Below, in pieces: positions 36,113 through 44,612 of a stretch of DNA of 64,000 nucleotides. The notes under the pieces are model-generated. The model saw nothing but the letters and a program-made list of their open reading frames with translations. It was not told the DNA's origin and ran no database searches. Both the position numbers and the translations under genes were made by a program. This DNA comes from an uncultured virus (IMG/VR IMGVR_UViG_3300002460_000002) (Duplodnaviria > Heunggongvirae > Uroviricota > Caudoviricetes): the IMG/VR virus record IMGVR_UViG_3300002460_000002, positions 1 through 64,000 of that record; one strand, written 5' to 3'. Position 1 is the first letter of the stretch. Every line of letters begins with the position of its first letter.

Positions 36113-36166
36113 GTTAGCTTGTTAGCATGTTAGACGCCTGCGTGTCAACCGTGGTACCTTCCCCAC
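36113..36166. promoter_or_regulatory. Divergent promoters with three GTTAG repeats at 8-bp period (operator)
   Basis: Minus TTGACA-18-TAACAA overlapped by GTTAG at 36113, 36121, 36129; plus TAGACG-18-TACCTT-6-ATG(36167). Confidence 0.6.
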
Positions 36167-36772
36167 ATGCGAACCACCGACCTCTCGCTCCTACACCCGA
36201 TGATGCGCGCGGCCTCACTCGAACTTGAGTCTGCCCTCGCCCGCGAAAAGATCCCGATGCGCCGTTTCGAGGGCTGGCGCGCGCCGCGGGACCAGGCCGA
36301 CATCTACTTCTCCGGCCGCGTCCCTGGCTTCGGTGTGCCGGGCAAGTTCAAGACCTTCGCCAAACCCTGGAACGGCCGGCACCAGTATGGTCTCGCGGAA
36401 GACTGGGTTTTCTTCGTCCACGGCGTTTGGACCTGGGTTGAGCCCGAAAAAAGCATGTGGGACCGGTACCACGTGATCGCCCAGACCCTCGACCTGACGC
36501 CCCTAAAGTTCGAGCAACCCCACGTTCAGATTTCCGGCCTACAGACATCCGAGCTTCGCGCCGGCCACTACCCTCCGCTCGGGGACCACACCTGGGAAGC
36601 CAACTTGACGGCCGCGATCCGGCTCTGGGGCCCGGAGACCCGGCTCGAGCACGGAATCACGTTTCAAGGGGCCCCGCCTGCACCAGAAGGCGACGATGCG
36701 GAGCGGCCGGACATCGAGGTGCCCGCGGGTCTGGTCTACGACGAAGAGGCAGGGGTTTGTAGGCCAGCGTAG
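36167..36772 (+). CDS. M15-family peptidase (endolysin-like)
   Basis: EGWR...Q...; GRHQYGLAED; EQPHVQ zinc-peptidase motifs. Confidence 0.75.
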   Translation: MRTTDLSLLHPMMRAASLELESALAREKIPMRRFEGWRAPRDQADIYFSGRVPGFGVPGKFKTFAKPWNGRHQYGLAEDWVFFVHGVWTWVEPEKSMWDRYHVIAQTLDLTPLKFEQPHVQISGLQTSELRAGHYPPLGDHTWEANLTAAIRLWGPETRLEHGITFQGAPPAPEGDDAERPDIEVPAGLVYDEEAGVCRPA

Positions 36773-36838
36773 GTTCTAAGGCTTCTATGTCGCCGTCTCG
36801 GCAAAAAGATACGGTGCGCGCGCTGTTTCTCGAAGATT

Positions 36839-37192
36839 TCAGCAATTCGTGACTTCCCCAGCACGAATGAAGCCGTGCCAACCCGGCCCCCACGTGCCGC
36901 CCGGCTCTAAACACTCTCCCTTCAACAACACGCTGCTCGACCCCGCGACCAGCGTCAGGTCATCGAAGCCGGTGCCTTGAAACTCCCAGCGGCCCGGCAC
37001 CGGCGTGGTCGTCTGCGGCACGTGCGGTCGCCAGCAGATCACGGAGTGCGTTCCTACAGGGCCTTTGTTCGCGAGGATACACTTCGGGCACAAGAAGATG
37101 ATTCCGTCAGCCTCGGTGAAGGTGACGCCTCTCTGGAAAGTCTTGTCGTCGAGACGCTTGAGGAAGCTGGGCTCAAGAGCGGTGAGGCGCAT
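36839..37192 (-). CDS. DUF6527-like protein
   Basis: IFLCPKC..H, RWEFQG..LTL..S.L, WHGFIRAGEV; start 37192 after TACCCT. Confidence 0.6.
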   Translation of the reverse strand: MRLTALEPSFLKRLDDKTFQRGVTFTEADGIIFLCPKCILANKGPVGTHSVICWRPHVPQTTTPVPGRWEFQGTGFDDLTLVAGSSSVLLKGECLEPGGTWGPGWHGFIRAGEVTNC

Positions 37193-37267
37193 GAGGTAGG
37201 GTACCACTGCGGTGACGGTGAAGGCTAACGTCGGCCCACCACGCCGCGCCGCGCTCGGCGGCGACGG

Positions 37268-37428
37268 CGGCGGTCCAGTACGGGCTCTAGCGCGCGGCGA
37301 CGGCGGTCCAGTACGGGCTCTAGCGCTCGGCGCCGACGGCGGTCTAGGTAGTTGGCTGGCGCCGACGGCGCACCGGTGTGGGTAGTAGGCCCGGCCCAGC
37401 CCAGCCCGGCCCAGCCCGGCCCGGCCCA
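37268..37428. repeat. GC-rich repeats: a 26-bp direct repeat (2 copies) and a (GCCCR)8 tandem
   Basis: CGGCGGTCCAGTACGGGCTCTAGCGC at 37268 and 37301; GCCCG/GCCCA x8 at 37389-37428. Confidence 0.9.
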
Positions 37429-37560
37429 GCGCCCGCCAACTTACCCACACCCCGTTACCAAAGAAAAAGGCCCATCACTTTCGTGTGGGCCTTCCCCTTA
37501 CCCTTGCCAGAGTGAGGTCAACCTAACGCACCTCTACTGGGCTTGCAACCACAAAAATTG

Positions 37561-38026
37561 TTAACGCAGTACAACGATCGCATAACGCAGTACAATGATC
37601 GTAACGCGGTACAATAGCGCAGTACAACATAAAATCGAAATAGCCCTGCCTGATCAGGAGACCTGCACCTATCTCAATTGAGTTAACCTTACGCAGTACA
37701 GCAGGTAACACGGTACAGGGGGGGTGTGCCAATATTACTTAGAAGGATCGTTGTTTAAAAAATTTATGTACCACCGTAGCTTGTTGACTACCTAAAGTTG
37801 TACTGCGTTAAATTTTCCCTTATTCTTCAATGATATTCTATATTGACTCGGTACAACACAATTTCTTATGTTGTACTGAGTTAATTTATTAGATAATAAA
37901 ATCATAGAGTTAACGCGGTAAACCTTCTCAGTGCATTAATGGTACCGGCAGAGTAAAGCTGTACTGCGTTATCGTTAGCACCTATCTGAATTGAGTTCGC
38001 CCTGGTTAACGCGGTACACCTTCTCA
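37561..38026. repeat. Putative replication origin: AT-rich region with about 12 TAACGCRGTACA-like iterons in both orientations
   Basis: Copies near 37562, 37583, 37602, 37615, 37689, 37706, 37845, 37910 and 38006 (+), and 37797, 37870 and 37959 (-); directly upstream of the primase. Confidence 0.7.
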
Positions 38027-38125
38027 ACGTGTTAACTGAATTGTACAGGTGTCACGCCTAAAAGCAGTTTTTCTGTTTTTCTTGACTCGTTTACGGGCTT
38101 GAGTGTACTTTCTGCTGCCCTTGCC

Positions 38126-38635
38126 ATGAAAATCAGCTTTTTTCCCGAGATCACCAACAATGAGCCCGTGCCCTTGGAAATCACCTGGGACGGGTTCGTG
38201 GAGAGCCTTAAAAAGCACACTTTTACCTACACTGACAAGCTCAAGGTCCCGGCCTTCTCGCCAGCCGAGTACCCAGACGGCGCGCGGCGCGCGCGGGCCA
38301 ACGTCAAGTGCGTGCACTTCGGGGTGCTGGACCTCGACAAGCTCACGGACGCGCAGATGGACGTGCTGCGTGGGAAGCTGGATGGTACCGAGTACGTCTA
38401 CTACACGACGTGGTCCCACCAGAAGAATTTTCCGCTCTGGTGTGGCCGATTGATCGTGCCTTTTTCCCGTCCGGTTCTGTTGTCTGAGTGGGACCTTTTC
38501 TGGCCGCGGTTGAACCGGCGATTTGGTGGTCTAGGGGATTCTGCGTGCAAAGATCCTTCGCGTCTCTACTTCTATCCCGCGGCGCCGGATGGAACTCAGG
38601 GGATGGAAATTTTTGATCACCAGGTGGAGCAGTGA
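38126..38635 (+). CDS. AEP-type primase domain
   Basis: VLDLD, YYTTWSH, RLIVPFSRP, DPSRLYFYP; ATG at 38126. Confidence 0.75.
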   Translation: MKISFFPEITNNEPVPLEITWDGFVESLKKHTFTYTDKLKVPAFSPAEYPDGARRARANVKCVHFGVLDLDKLTDAQMDVLRGKLDGTEYVYYTTWSHQKNFPLWCGRLIVPFSRPVLLSEWDLFWPRLNRRFGGLGDSACKDPSRLYFYPAAPDGTQGMEIFDHQVEQ

Positions 38636-40509
38636 TCAATGTTGACGAGTTGCTGCGAGAGCAGCTACGGGTTGACGACGTTGCGGTCGAGAGCGTGTCG
38701 CGCAAAGAGGTAGAGGCGCAGGTCAAGAGCTTGAAGCGGCGCAAGTCCGTGCATTACCAGAAAATGGGCTGGTGCCTGGAGCAGGTTCTTGCGGGAGAGC
38801 CGTTCGCGGAAGAAGGGGACCGAGACGAAACGATTTTTCAGTTGACCAGCATCTTGGTCGAGACCTGGCCCCGCGCGGACGCGCATGGCTTGGCGGGGTA
38901 TTTCACCCAATCGATCGCGAAGATGATGGTGGCGGCACCGAAGTGTCCGACGGTGGACGAAGTAGAAAAGAAGATCCGAAGGCACCAAGAGTCGCAACTA
39001 GAAACAGAAGCTGCAAAAGAAAATGAGTACACCCAGGCCAGGGCCCTGGAGATCCGCCGAGCCTTCGCCAACGGAAGAAGTCATCCGTACACCGAAGAGG
39101 AGTTGAATGGCTTCGCGAGCGAGGCGGGGATCTCCCGCGATGCGTTCAATAGGAGATGGTTGGTGCAGCGAGGGCGGACTTTCTACCTGTACTTCAACGG
39201 GTCGTACCTACCGCCGGTGACGGATGCGGACGTGGCTGTGGCTGCGGTTCGAGACTTGGCGCCTGCGCATTCGGCCGGCGTGGATTTGTTCAAGGTTGGC
39301 GCCCGTGGGGAGATCTCTCTCAAGAACTCGGCGGACATGATGAGGGATTACGGCACCGTCGCGTCGAACATCGTTGTGGACATGACTGCTCAGGTCGCGC
39401 ACTTCGATGACGCGACCAGGACGTTCATCGAGGCGCCGTGTCCGTTGCGGAAATTGAAACCGACGTACGATCCCGAGGTGGATGAGTGGATGACCTGGAT
39501 GGCCGGTCCTCAAAACTACGAGACGCTGGTGAACTGGATCGCGGTTGTGACGAAGCTGGAGGAGGCGTGCGCGGCCTTGTACTTGTGCGGGGTGCCGGGC
39601 TCAGGGAAAACTTTGTTTGCTGAGGGGTTGGCGAGGTTGTGGACCGAAGAGAAGCCGACACCGCTGGAAGAAGCGATGGGGCCCTTCAATCAGACCATCA
39701 TGACGTGTCCGTTGGTGTTGGCTGACGAAATGATCCCGCGGGATTTTCGAGGCAGGGCGCGGACAGCGGAGCTTAGGCAATTTATCCAAGCCCGAAGCAG
39801 GCCGCTGTCGCGCAAGCACATAGCGAATGCATCGCTGCGGGGGGCGGTGAGGTTGATCATCACGGCGAACAACCAAGACCTGCTCACGTCAAACGAATCT
39901 CTTACTACCAACGACATCCAGGCGATCGTCGACAGAATCATCTACATCGAGTGCCCGGTGAATTCAGCGCGGTACTTGAAGACCGTGAACACCCGGAGCT
40001 TCGTGACGGAGAATCGGATCGCGAAGCATGCGTTGTGGTTGGCTGAAAACCGGGTTGTTCAAAGTGGTCGACGGTTTCTCGTAGAAGGTTCAGATTCGTC
40101 GCTGCACCGGACCTTGACGACGTCGTCGGGGCTGCGGTCGGCGGTGTGTAACTGGTTGGTGTCGTACTTGTTGTCACCAAAGAATGTGGATTCCACGAAG
40201 AAATTACTGGTGCGGAGACACGAAGGGATGCTGCTCGTGACGTCCCGCGGGGTTTCAACGGGGTGGAACACGTACCCAACTAACGAGCCGTCGCCGACCG
40301 CGGGTCGAGTGAGTCAGGCGTTAGCGGGGTTGAGTAAGGCTGCGAAAGTGAGCTTGCGGGATGGGGAGGGCCGGCGGACGCACTACTGGGTGATCGACCC
40401 ACAGAATCTGATCACGTGGGCGGACCGGAACGGGTTCGCGACCGATGAAGTCATCGTGGAGGCGCTGCAGGCGAAAGAAAGTTCGGGAGCGATGGCGGTT
40501 TTTCATTGA
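38632..40509 (+). CDS. Primase C-terminal domain plus SF3 (D5-like) helicase
   Basis: GDRDETIF, Walker A GVPGSGKT, LVLADE, RLIITANN. Confidence 0.8.
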   Translation: MINVDELLREQLRVDDVAVESVSRKEVEAQVKSLKRRKSVHYQKMGWCLEQVLAGEPFAEEGDRDETIFQLTSILVETWPRADAHGLAGYFTQSIAKMMVAAPKCPTVDEVEKKIRRHQESQLETEAAKENEYTQARALEIRRAFANGRSHPYTEEELNGFASEAGISRDAFNRRWLVQRGRTFYLYFNGSYLPPVTDADVAVAAVRDLAPAHSAGVDLFKVGARGEISLKNSADMMRDYGTVASNIVVDMTAQVAHFDDATRTFIEAPCPLRKLKPTYDPEVDEWMTWMAGPQNYETLVNWIAVVTKLEEACAALYLCGVPGSGKTLFAEGLARLWTEEKPTPLEEAMGPFNQTIMTCPLVLADEMIPRDFRGRARTAELRQFIQARSRPLSRKHIANASLRGAVRLIITANNQDLLTSNESLTTNDIQAIVDRIIYIECPVNSARYLKTVNTRSFVTENRIAKHALWLAENRVVQSGRRFLVEGSDSSLHRTLTTSSGLRSAVCNWLVSYLLSPKNVDSTKKLLVRRHEGMLLVTSRGVSTGWNTYPTNEPSPTAGRVSQALAGLSKAAKVSLRDGEGRRTHYWVIDPQNLITWADRNGFATDEVIVEALQAKESSGAMAVFH

Positions 40510-40588
40510 CCGAGGAAATGAGATGGCGCATAGATGCAATCAACGATCTCGTCTCGTGGGATTGATAGAAGGTAGAAGGACCTGACCT

Positions 40589-41953
40589 GTGCTAGGTGAA
40601 GATCTATTTCCAGACCCTGACGGCGATTACATCTCGCCGAGTCAGATTGAATCCTGGCGACTGTGTCGCAGGAAGTGGGCATGGAACAAGATCGACAAGA
40701 TCCAAGGCCTAGGGAACGTCGCGGCCGAGAAGGGGACCATCATCCACGAGGTGTTGGAAGCCTGGTTGAAGGATGGGCGGGCTATCGATCCGGATGAAGT
40801 TCGGACGTTGAGTGATGGAACGATGTTTAAGCCGGGGCCGATCGCGGCTGCGGGGTTGAAGCATCTACCGATGCCGAAGACGTGCGGCACCGAGCGTTTC
40901 ATCCATGTGAAAACGCAAAAGGCGAAGTACCACGGGTACATCGACTGGGACCTGAAGGGCGACGTGCCGGTGGTTGGTGATCACAAAAGCACGTCGGATT
41001 TCAAGTGGGCCAAGACCGAAGACGATCTGAGGAAAGACCCCCAGGCGACGATCTATGCGGCGGCGATCATGGCCGAGACCGGCGCCGTGCAGGTCGAGTT
41101 GCGGTGGGTGTACTACCAGACGAAGGGCGCCGCGAAGTCGAAGAAGGTGTCGTTGGTGGTGTTGAAGGAAGACGTCGAGCGGAACTTTGATGAGCTGGAC
41201 GTGACCGCGTTGGAAATCAACGAGGCGCGGCGGACGGCGAAGACGGCGCTGGATCTCGAGCCGAACGTGCGCGCTTGTGACAACTTCGGCGGGTGTCAGT
41301 ACCGGGAGAACTGCAATCTTTCGTCGACGGATCGGATCAAGGGTTTGATGGCCCAGGAGAGCCTGGCCGAGAAGATGGAAAAACGGAAACACGGGATTGA
41401 AACCAACGAAAAGGAGACAGACATGGAAACTCTGGCAGAGAAGATGAAACGACGGGCGGCGGAGAGTGCGGGGAAAACTCCTGCGCCGGTGAACGGGGCA
41501 AGTGCGAGCGGTGGGGCCGAGAAGATGGCCGGGGCGACTCTGGGGAAGGGGATCAACCCGCCCGAGGGCTCGACGACGCGGGAAGCGGTACCGCTGGCAC
41601 TGGTGCCGCCCGCGGGTGAAGCAGTGGCAGTGCCTCCGGCGGCAAGGAAGAATCGTTTGTCGAGGCCGGCGGCGGTGGGGGCGACACCGGCGGGGACACT
41701 GGCAACGGGACCAGTGGTACCGACTTCGACCGCGCCGGTTGCGGGGGCGACGACAGATGCGTCGGCGAGGGCCGGGATCACGGTCATCGCGGTGGCGAAG
41801 CTGGGTATGGTGCCGTTCACATTGTACGTGAACTGCGTCCCGTCGAAGTTCAAGGGACTGATCATGTGCGTGAACACGCAGACGCCCGAAGGGGTGGCGG
41901 CGCTCGGGGTGTTGGAGTCGTTGGCGACCGACGTGGTGAGGGCGATCGGGTAA
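40589..41953 (+). CDS. PD-(D/E)XK Cas4-like nuclease with long Ala/Pro tail
   Basis: SPSQI...C.RKW, GTIIHEVLE, GYID...VGDHKS, Q..IY, ACDNFGGCQYRENC. Confidence 0.8.
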   Translation: MLGEDLFPDPDGDYISPSQIESWRLCRRKWAWNKIDKIQGLGNVAAEKGTIIHEVLEAWLKDGRAIDPDEVRTLSDGTMFKPGPIAAAGLKHLPMPKTCGTERFIHVKTQKAKYHGYIDWDLKGDVPVVGDHKSTSDFKWAKTEDDLRKDPQATIYAAAIMAETGAVQVELRWVYYQTKGAAKSKKVSLVVLKEDVERNFDELDVTALEINEARRTAKTALDLEPNVRACDNFGGCQYRENCNLSSTDRIKGLMAQESLAEKMEKRKHGIETNEKETDMETLAEKMKRRAAESAGKTPAPVNGASASGGAEKMAGATLGKGINPPEGSTTREAVPLALVPPAGEAVAVPPAARKNRLSRPAAVGATPAGTLATGPVVPTSTAPVAGATTDASARAGITVIAVAKLGMVPFTLYVNCVPSKFKGLIMCVNTQTPEGVAALGVLESLATDVVRAIG

Positions 41954-42270
41954 TGGCGTTACTACATTTTCATTCGGCGCATCTTCCTGTAGCAGAGTTT
42001 ACTTATAGTGCAGGAGAGGCACGAAGGGCATTAGAACAGGGTTGTTTTTATTGCAGTAAGAAATTCAATCCTGAAGTAGCGGCGGTCTTGTGGAGTGGGA
42101 ACGGGGCAGAATGCTTGTACCTACACGCTACTTGTGTGAGCCCTCTTTTCATACGTTTGGCGCGTGATGTTCTTGAATGGGAAAACGTTTTTGCTCATGG
42201 CACAAGGCGTTTAGACCAAACAGAAATGGCGGGATGCGTAGATTTACGAGACGGGAATCCTGTTTATTAA
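41953..42270 (+). CDS. Small Cys-containing hypothetical protein
   Basis: TAATG-coupled start; CFYC...HATC; lower GC. Confidence 0.5.
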   Translation: MALLHFHSAHLPVAEFTYSAGEARRALEQGCFYCSKKFNPEVAAVLWSGNGAECLYLHATCVSPLFIRLARDVLEWENVFAHGTRRLDQTEMAGCVDLRDGNPVY

Positions 42271-42273
42271 CAA

Positions 42274-44127
42274 ATGAGCATCCTCGCGAACATGCTCTCC
42301 CGTGTGGGTAAGTCCGAGCAGGACTTCAAGCCCAACACGCACATGGGCAAGATCTTCCGCCGACGCGGCGTGACCCGGTCGAGTGAACTCGATCGCGTTC
42401 ACAATCTGCCGCGTCGGCAGTGGGAAGATTCGCAGTCAATCCACGCGGAGTTGACGGCGTGGTTGAAGAGACCAAGGGGAACGATGGAGTTGCGACCGGT
42501 GCAGGCCGCGGCGTTGTCGGACCTGCACGACTTCGGGGGGTTGTTGGCCCCCGTTCGCGTGGGTGGTGGCAAGACCCTCTGCAGCTTGCTCGCGGCCGAA
42601 GTGGTGGGAGCGAAGCGGCCGTTGCTTTTGATCCCGGCGAAGTTGAAGCGCAAGACCCAGATCGAGATCCGACGGTACGCAGAGCACTGGCGCTTCAAAC
42701 CCCCGGAGATCGTGACCTATGAGTGGCTCGGTCGTGTCCAGGCCGACGATGAAAAAGATGAAGACGGAGAGGTTACGAAATCCGGATTTCTCCGACGGTA
42801 CGCGCCGGACCTGATTATCGCTGATGAAGTTCACAAACTCCGAGGGAAAAAAAGTGCGGTGACCCGGCGCGTGTCCCGGTACATGGACGAATTTAGTCCG
42901 AAGTTCGTCGCGATGTCCGGCACGATCACGAAGCGGTCGATCAAAGACTACGCCCACATCGCGGAGTGGTGCCTGCGGCGGGTCGCACCGGTGCCGTTGA
43001 CCTGGCCGGTCTTGTCTGAGTGGGCGGATGCTCTCGATGAGAAGGTCAGGCCGGAGAATCGTCTGGCGCCGGGGGCGTTGCTATTGCTCTGCAACCCGGA
43101 AGAGATTAGCACCATCCAGAAAGATTCGCTTGGGTCGCTCCGCAAGGCGTACCGGCGCCGGCTCGTGGAAACCCCCGGGGTTATCGCGACCAGCGAGACA
43201 TTCGTGGACTGTTCCCTGGTGATCTCGGCGGTGGAGCTGGTGTTGGGCCCGAAGATCGACGCCGCGTTCGATCACATGAAGATGTACTGGGAGACGCCCG
43301 ACGGCTGGCCGATTTCAGATGCTGTCTCATTGTGGAGACATGCTAGAGAAATGGCTTGTGGTTTCTGCTATCGATGGGACCCTTATGCGCCACAACTGTG
43401 GCTGTCTGCACGCAAGGAGTGGTGCGCGGCGGTGCGGGAGATCATCAAGCACAAGGACCTCGACAGTGAGTTGCAAGTCGCGAACGCGATCGTGCAGGGG
43501 CGTGTTGAAGATCCCGAGTCGAAGCGTCTGGACAAGGAAGGTCGGTTCATCGGCGGCACCGTCTACGAGAACTGGATTGCGATCAAGAACACGTTCGTGC
43601 CGAACACCGTGCCGGTTTGGATCGACGACGGCACACTGAAGTTCTGTGCAAACTGGATGAAGACCCACAACGGCATCGTCTGGGTGGAGCACGTCGTGTT
43701 CGGCGAGCGGCTCGCAGAGATGACCGGACGACCATTTTTCCATCGTAAGGGGGAAGATAACCAGCGGCGTTTGATCGACGAGACGACGCCGGCAGAGGGC
43801 TCCATCATCGCGTCGATTGCGAGCAATTGTGAAGGCCGAAACCTGCAAGCCTGGTCGGAGAATCTGATCGTGTCCCTGCCCCCGACGGGGAGCACTTTCG
43901 AGCAGCTCTTGGGTCGGGAGCATCGAGACGGCCAGCTTGCGGACGAAGTCTCGTTCGACGTGATCTTGGCCTGCATCCAGCAGTGGAGCGGGTTTCAGCA
44001 GGCCCTGGCGGATTCCAAGTACATTCAGGATTCGACGGGGCAGTTGCAAAAACTTCAGTATGCGGACGTGGACGTTCCAAGTCCGTCGGAAATGGCCACC
44101 CGCACTGGTGCGCGGTGGACCGCGTAG
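42274..44127 (+). CDS. SF2 helicase
   Basis: LRPVQ, VGGGKT, IIADEVH, MSGT, EGRNLQ, EQLLGREHR. Confidence 0.85.
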   Translation: MSILANMLSRVGKSEQDFKPNTHMGKIFRRRGVTRSSELDRVHNLPRRQWEDSQSIHAELTAWLKRPRGTMELRPVQAAALSDLHDFGGLLAPVRVGGGKTLCSLLAAEVVGAKRPLLLIPAKLKRKTQIEIRRYAEHWRFKPPEIVTYEWLGRVQADDEKDEDGEVTKSGFLRRYAPDLIIADEVHKLRGKKSAVTRRVSRYMDEFSPKFVAMSGTITKRSIKDYAHIAEWCLRRVAPVPLTWPVLSEWADALDEKVRPENRLAPGALLLLCNPEEISTIQKDSLGSLRKAYRRRLVETPGVIATSETFVDCSLVISAVELVLGPKIDAAFDHMKMYWETPDGWPISDAVSLWRHAREMACGFCYRWDPYAPQLWLSARKEWCAAVREIIKHKDLDSELQVANAIVQGRVEDPESKRLDKEGRFIGGTVYENWIAIKNTFVPNTVPVWIDDGTLKFCANWMKTHNGIVWVEHVVFGERLAEMTGRPFFHRKGEDNQRRLIDETTPAEGSIIASIASNCEGRNLQAWSENLIVSLPPTGSTFEQLLGREHRDGQLADEVSFDVILACIQQWSGFQQALADSKYIQDSTGQLQKLQYADVDVPSPSEMATRTGARWTA

Positions 44128-44160
44128 AAGACCAAACAAAAGAAAGAAGAGGGTAGAAGT

Positions 44161-44593
44161 CATGGGTTTGTTTTCAGGCATTCGGGACGCGAAGGTTGGC
44201 GCCGGGGGGGTGTACTTCCTGGCGGGTTTGTACAAGGTCGAGATCATCAAGGTCATGACCTTGAACAGCAGGAAGAAGGAAGATCTGTTCATCGTTGAAG
44301 CCAAGATCTTGGAGAGCGACAACAACGAGCGTCGTGCGGGGTCACAGTGTTCCTGGGTCGTGAACCTCAAGCAGGACGCGGCGCTGGGCAACATCAAGGG
44401 CTTCATCGCGGCGTCAAACGATATCGACCCGAGCAATGAAGATGAGGTCAACAACGAGGTGACGGAGGACGCGGTCGAGTTCGCTTGCTCGAACGATAAT
44501 CCGTTGAAGGGCGCGGTTCTGCGACTGGAGTGTGTCGCGATCAAGACCCGTGCCGGTGGAGATTTCACGCTGCACAAGTGGGCACCGCTGTAG
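44161..44593 (+). CDS. Putative single-stranded DNA-binding protein
   Basis: Acidic, beta-rich, between helicase and polymerase; assignment is by context. Confidence 0.45.
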
Positions 44594-44612
44594 TCAACCT
44601 GGAGTCCTGTCC

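Noticed and set aside
37193..37450. N-terminal extension with GRAGL and ARTGPP repeats in ORF 36839..37450
   Set aside because: It arises from non-coding GC repeats. The gene more likely starts at 37192 after a -10 box.
37561..37630. Second CRISPR array
   Set aside because: Repeats are only about 13 bp with 0-8 bp gaps and occur in both orientations; this fits iterons.
40589..41953. cas4 as part of a viral CRISPR-Cas locus
   Set aside because: It lies 28 kb from the array inside the replication operon, the usual setting for solo phage Cas4-like exonucleases. No cas1 or cas2 seen.
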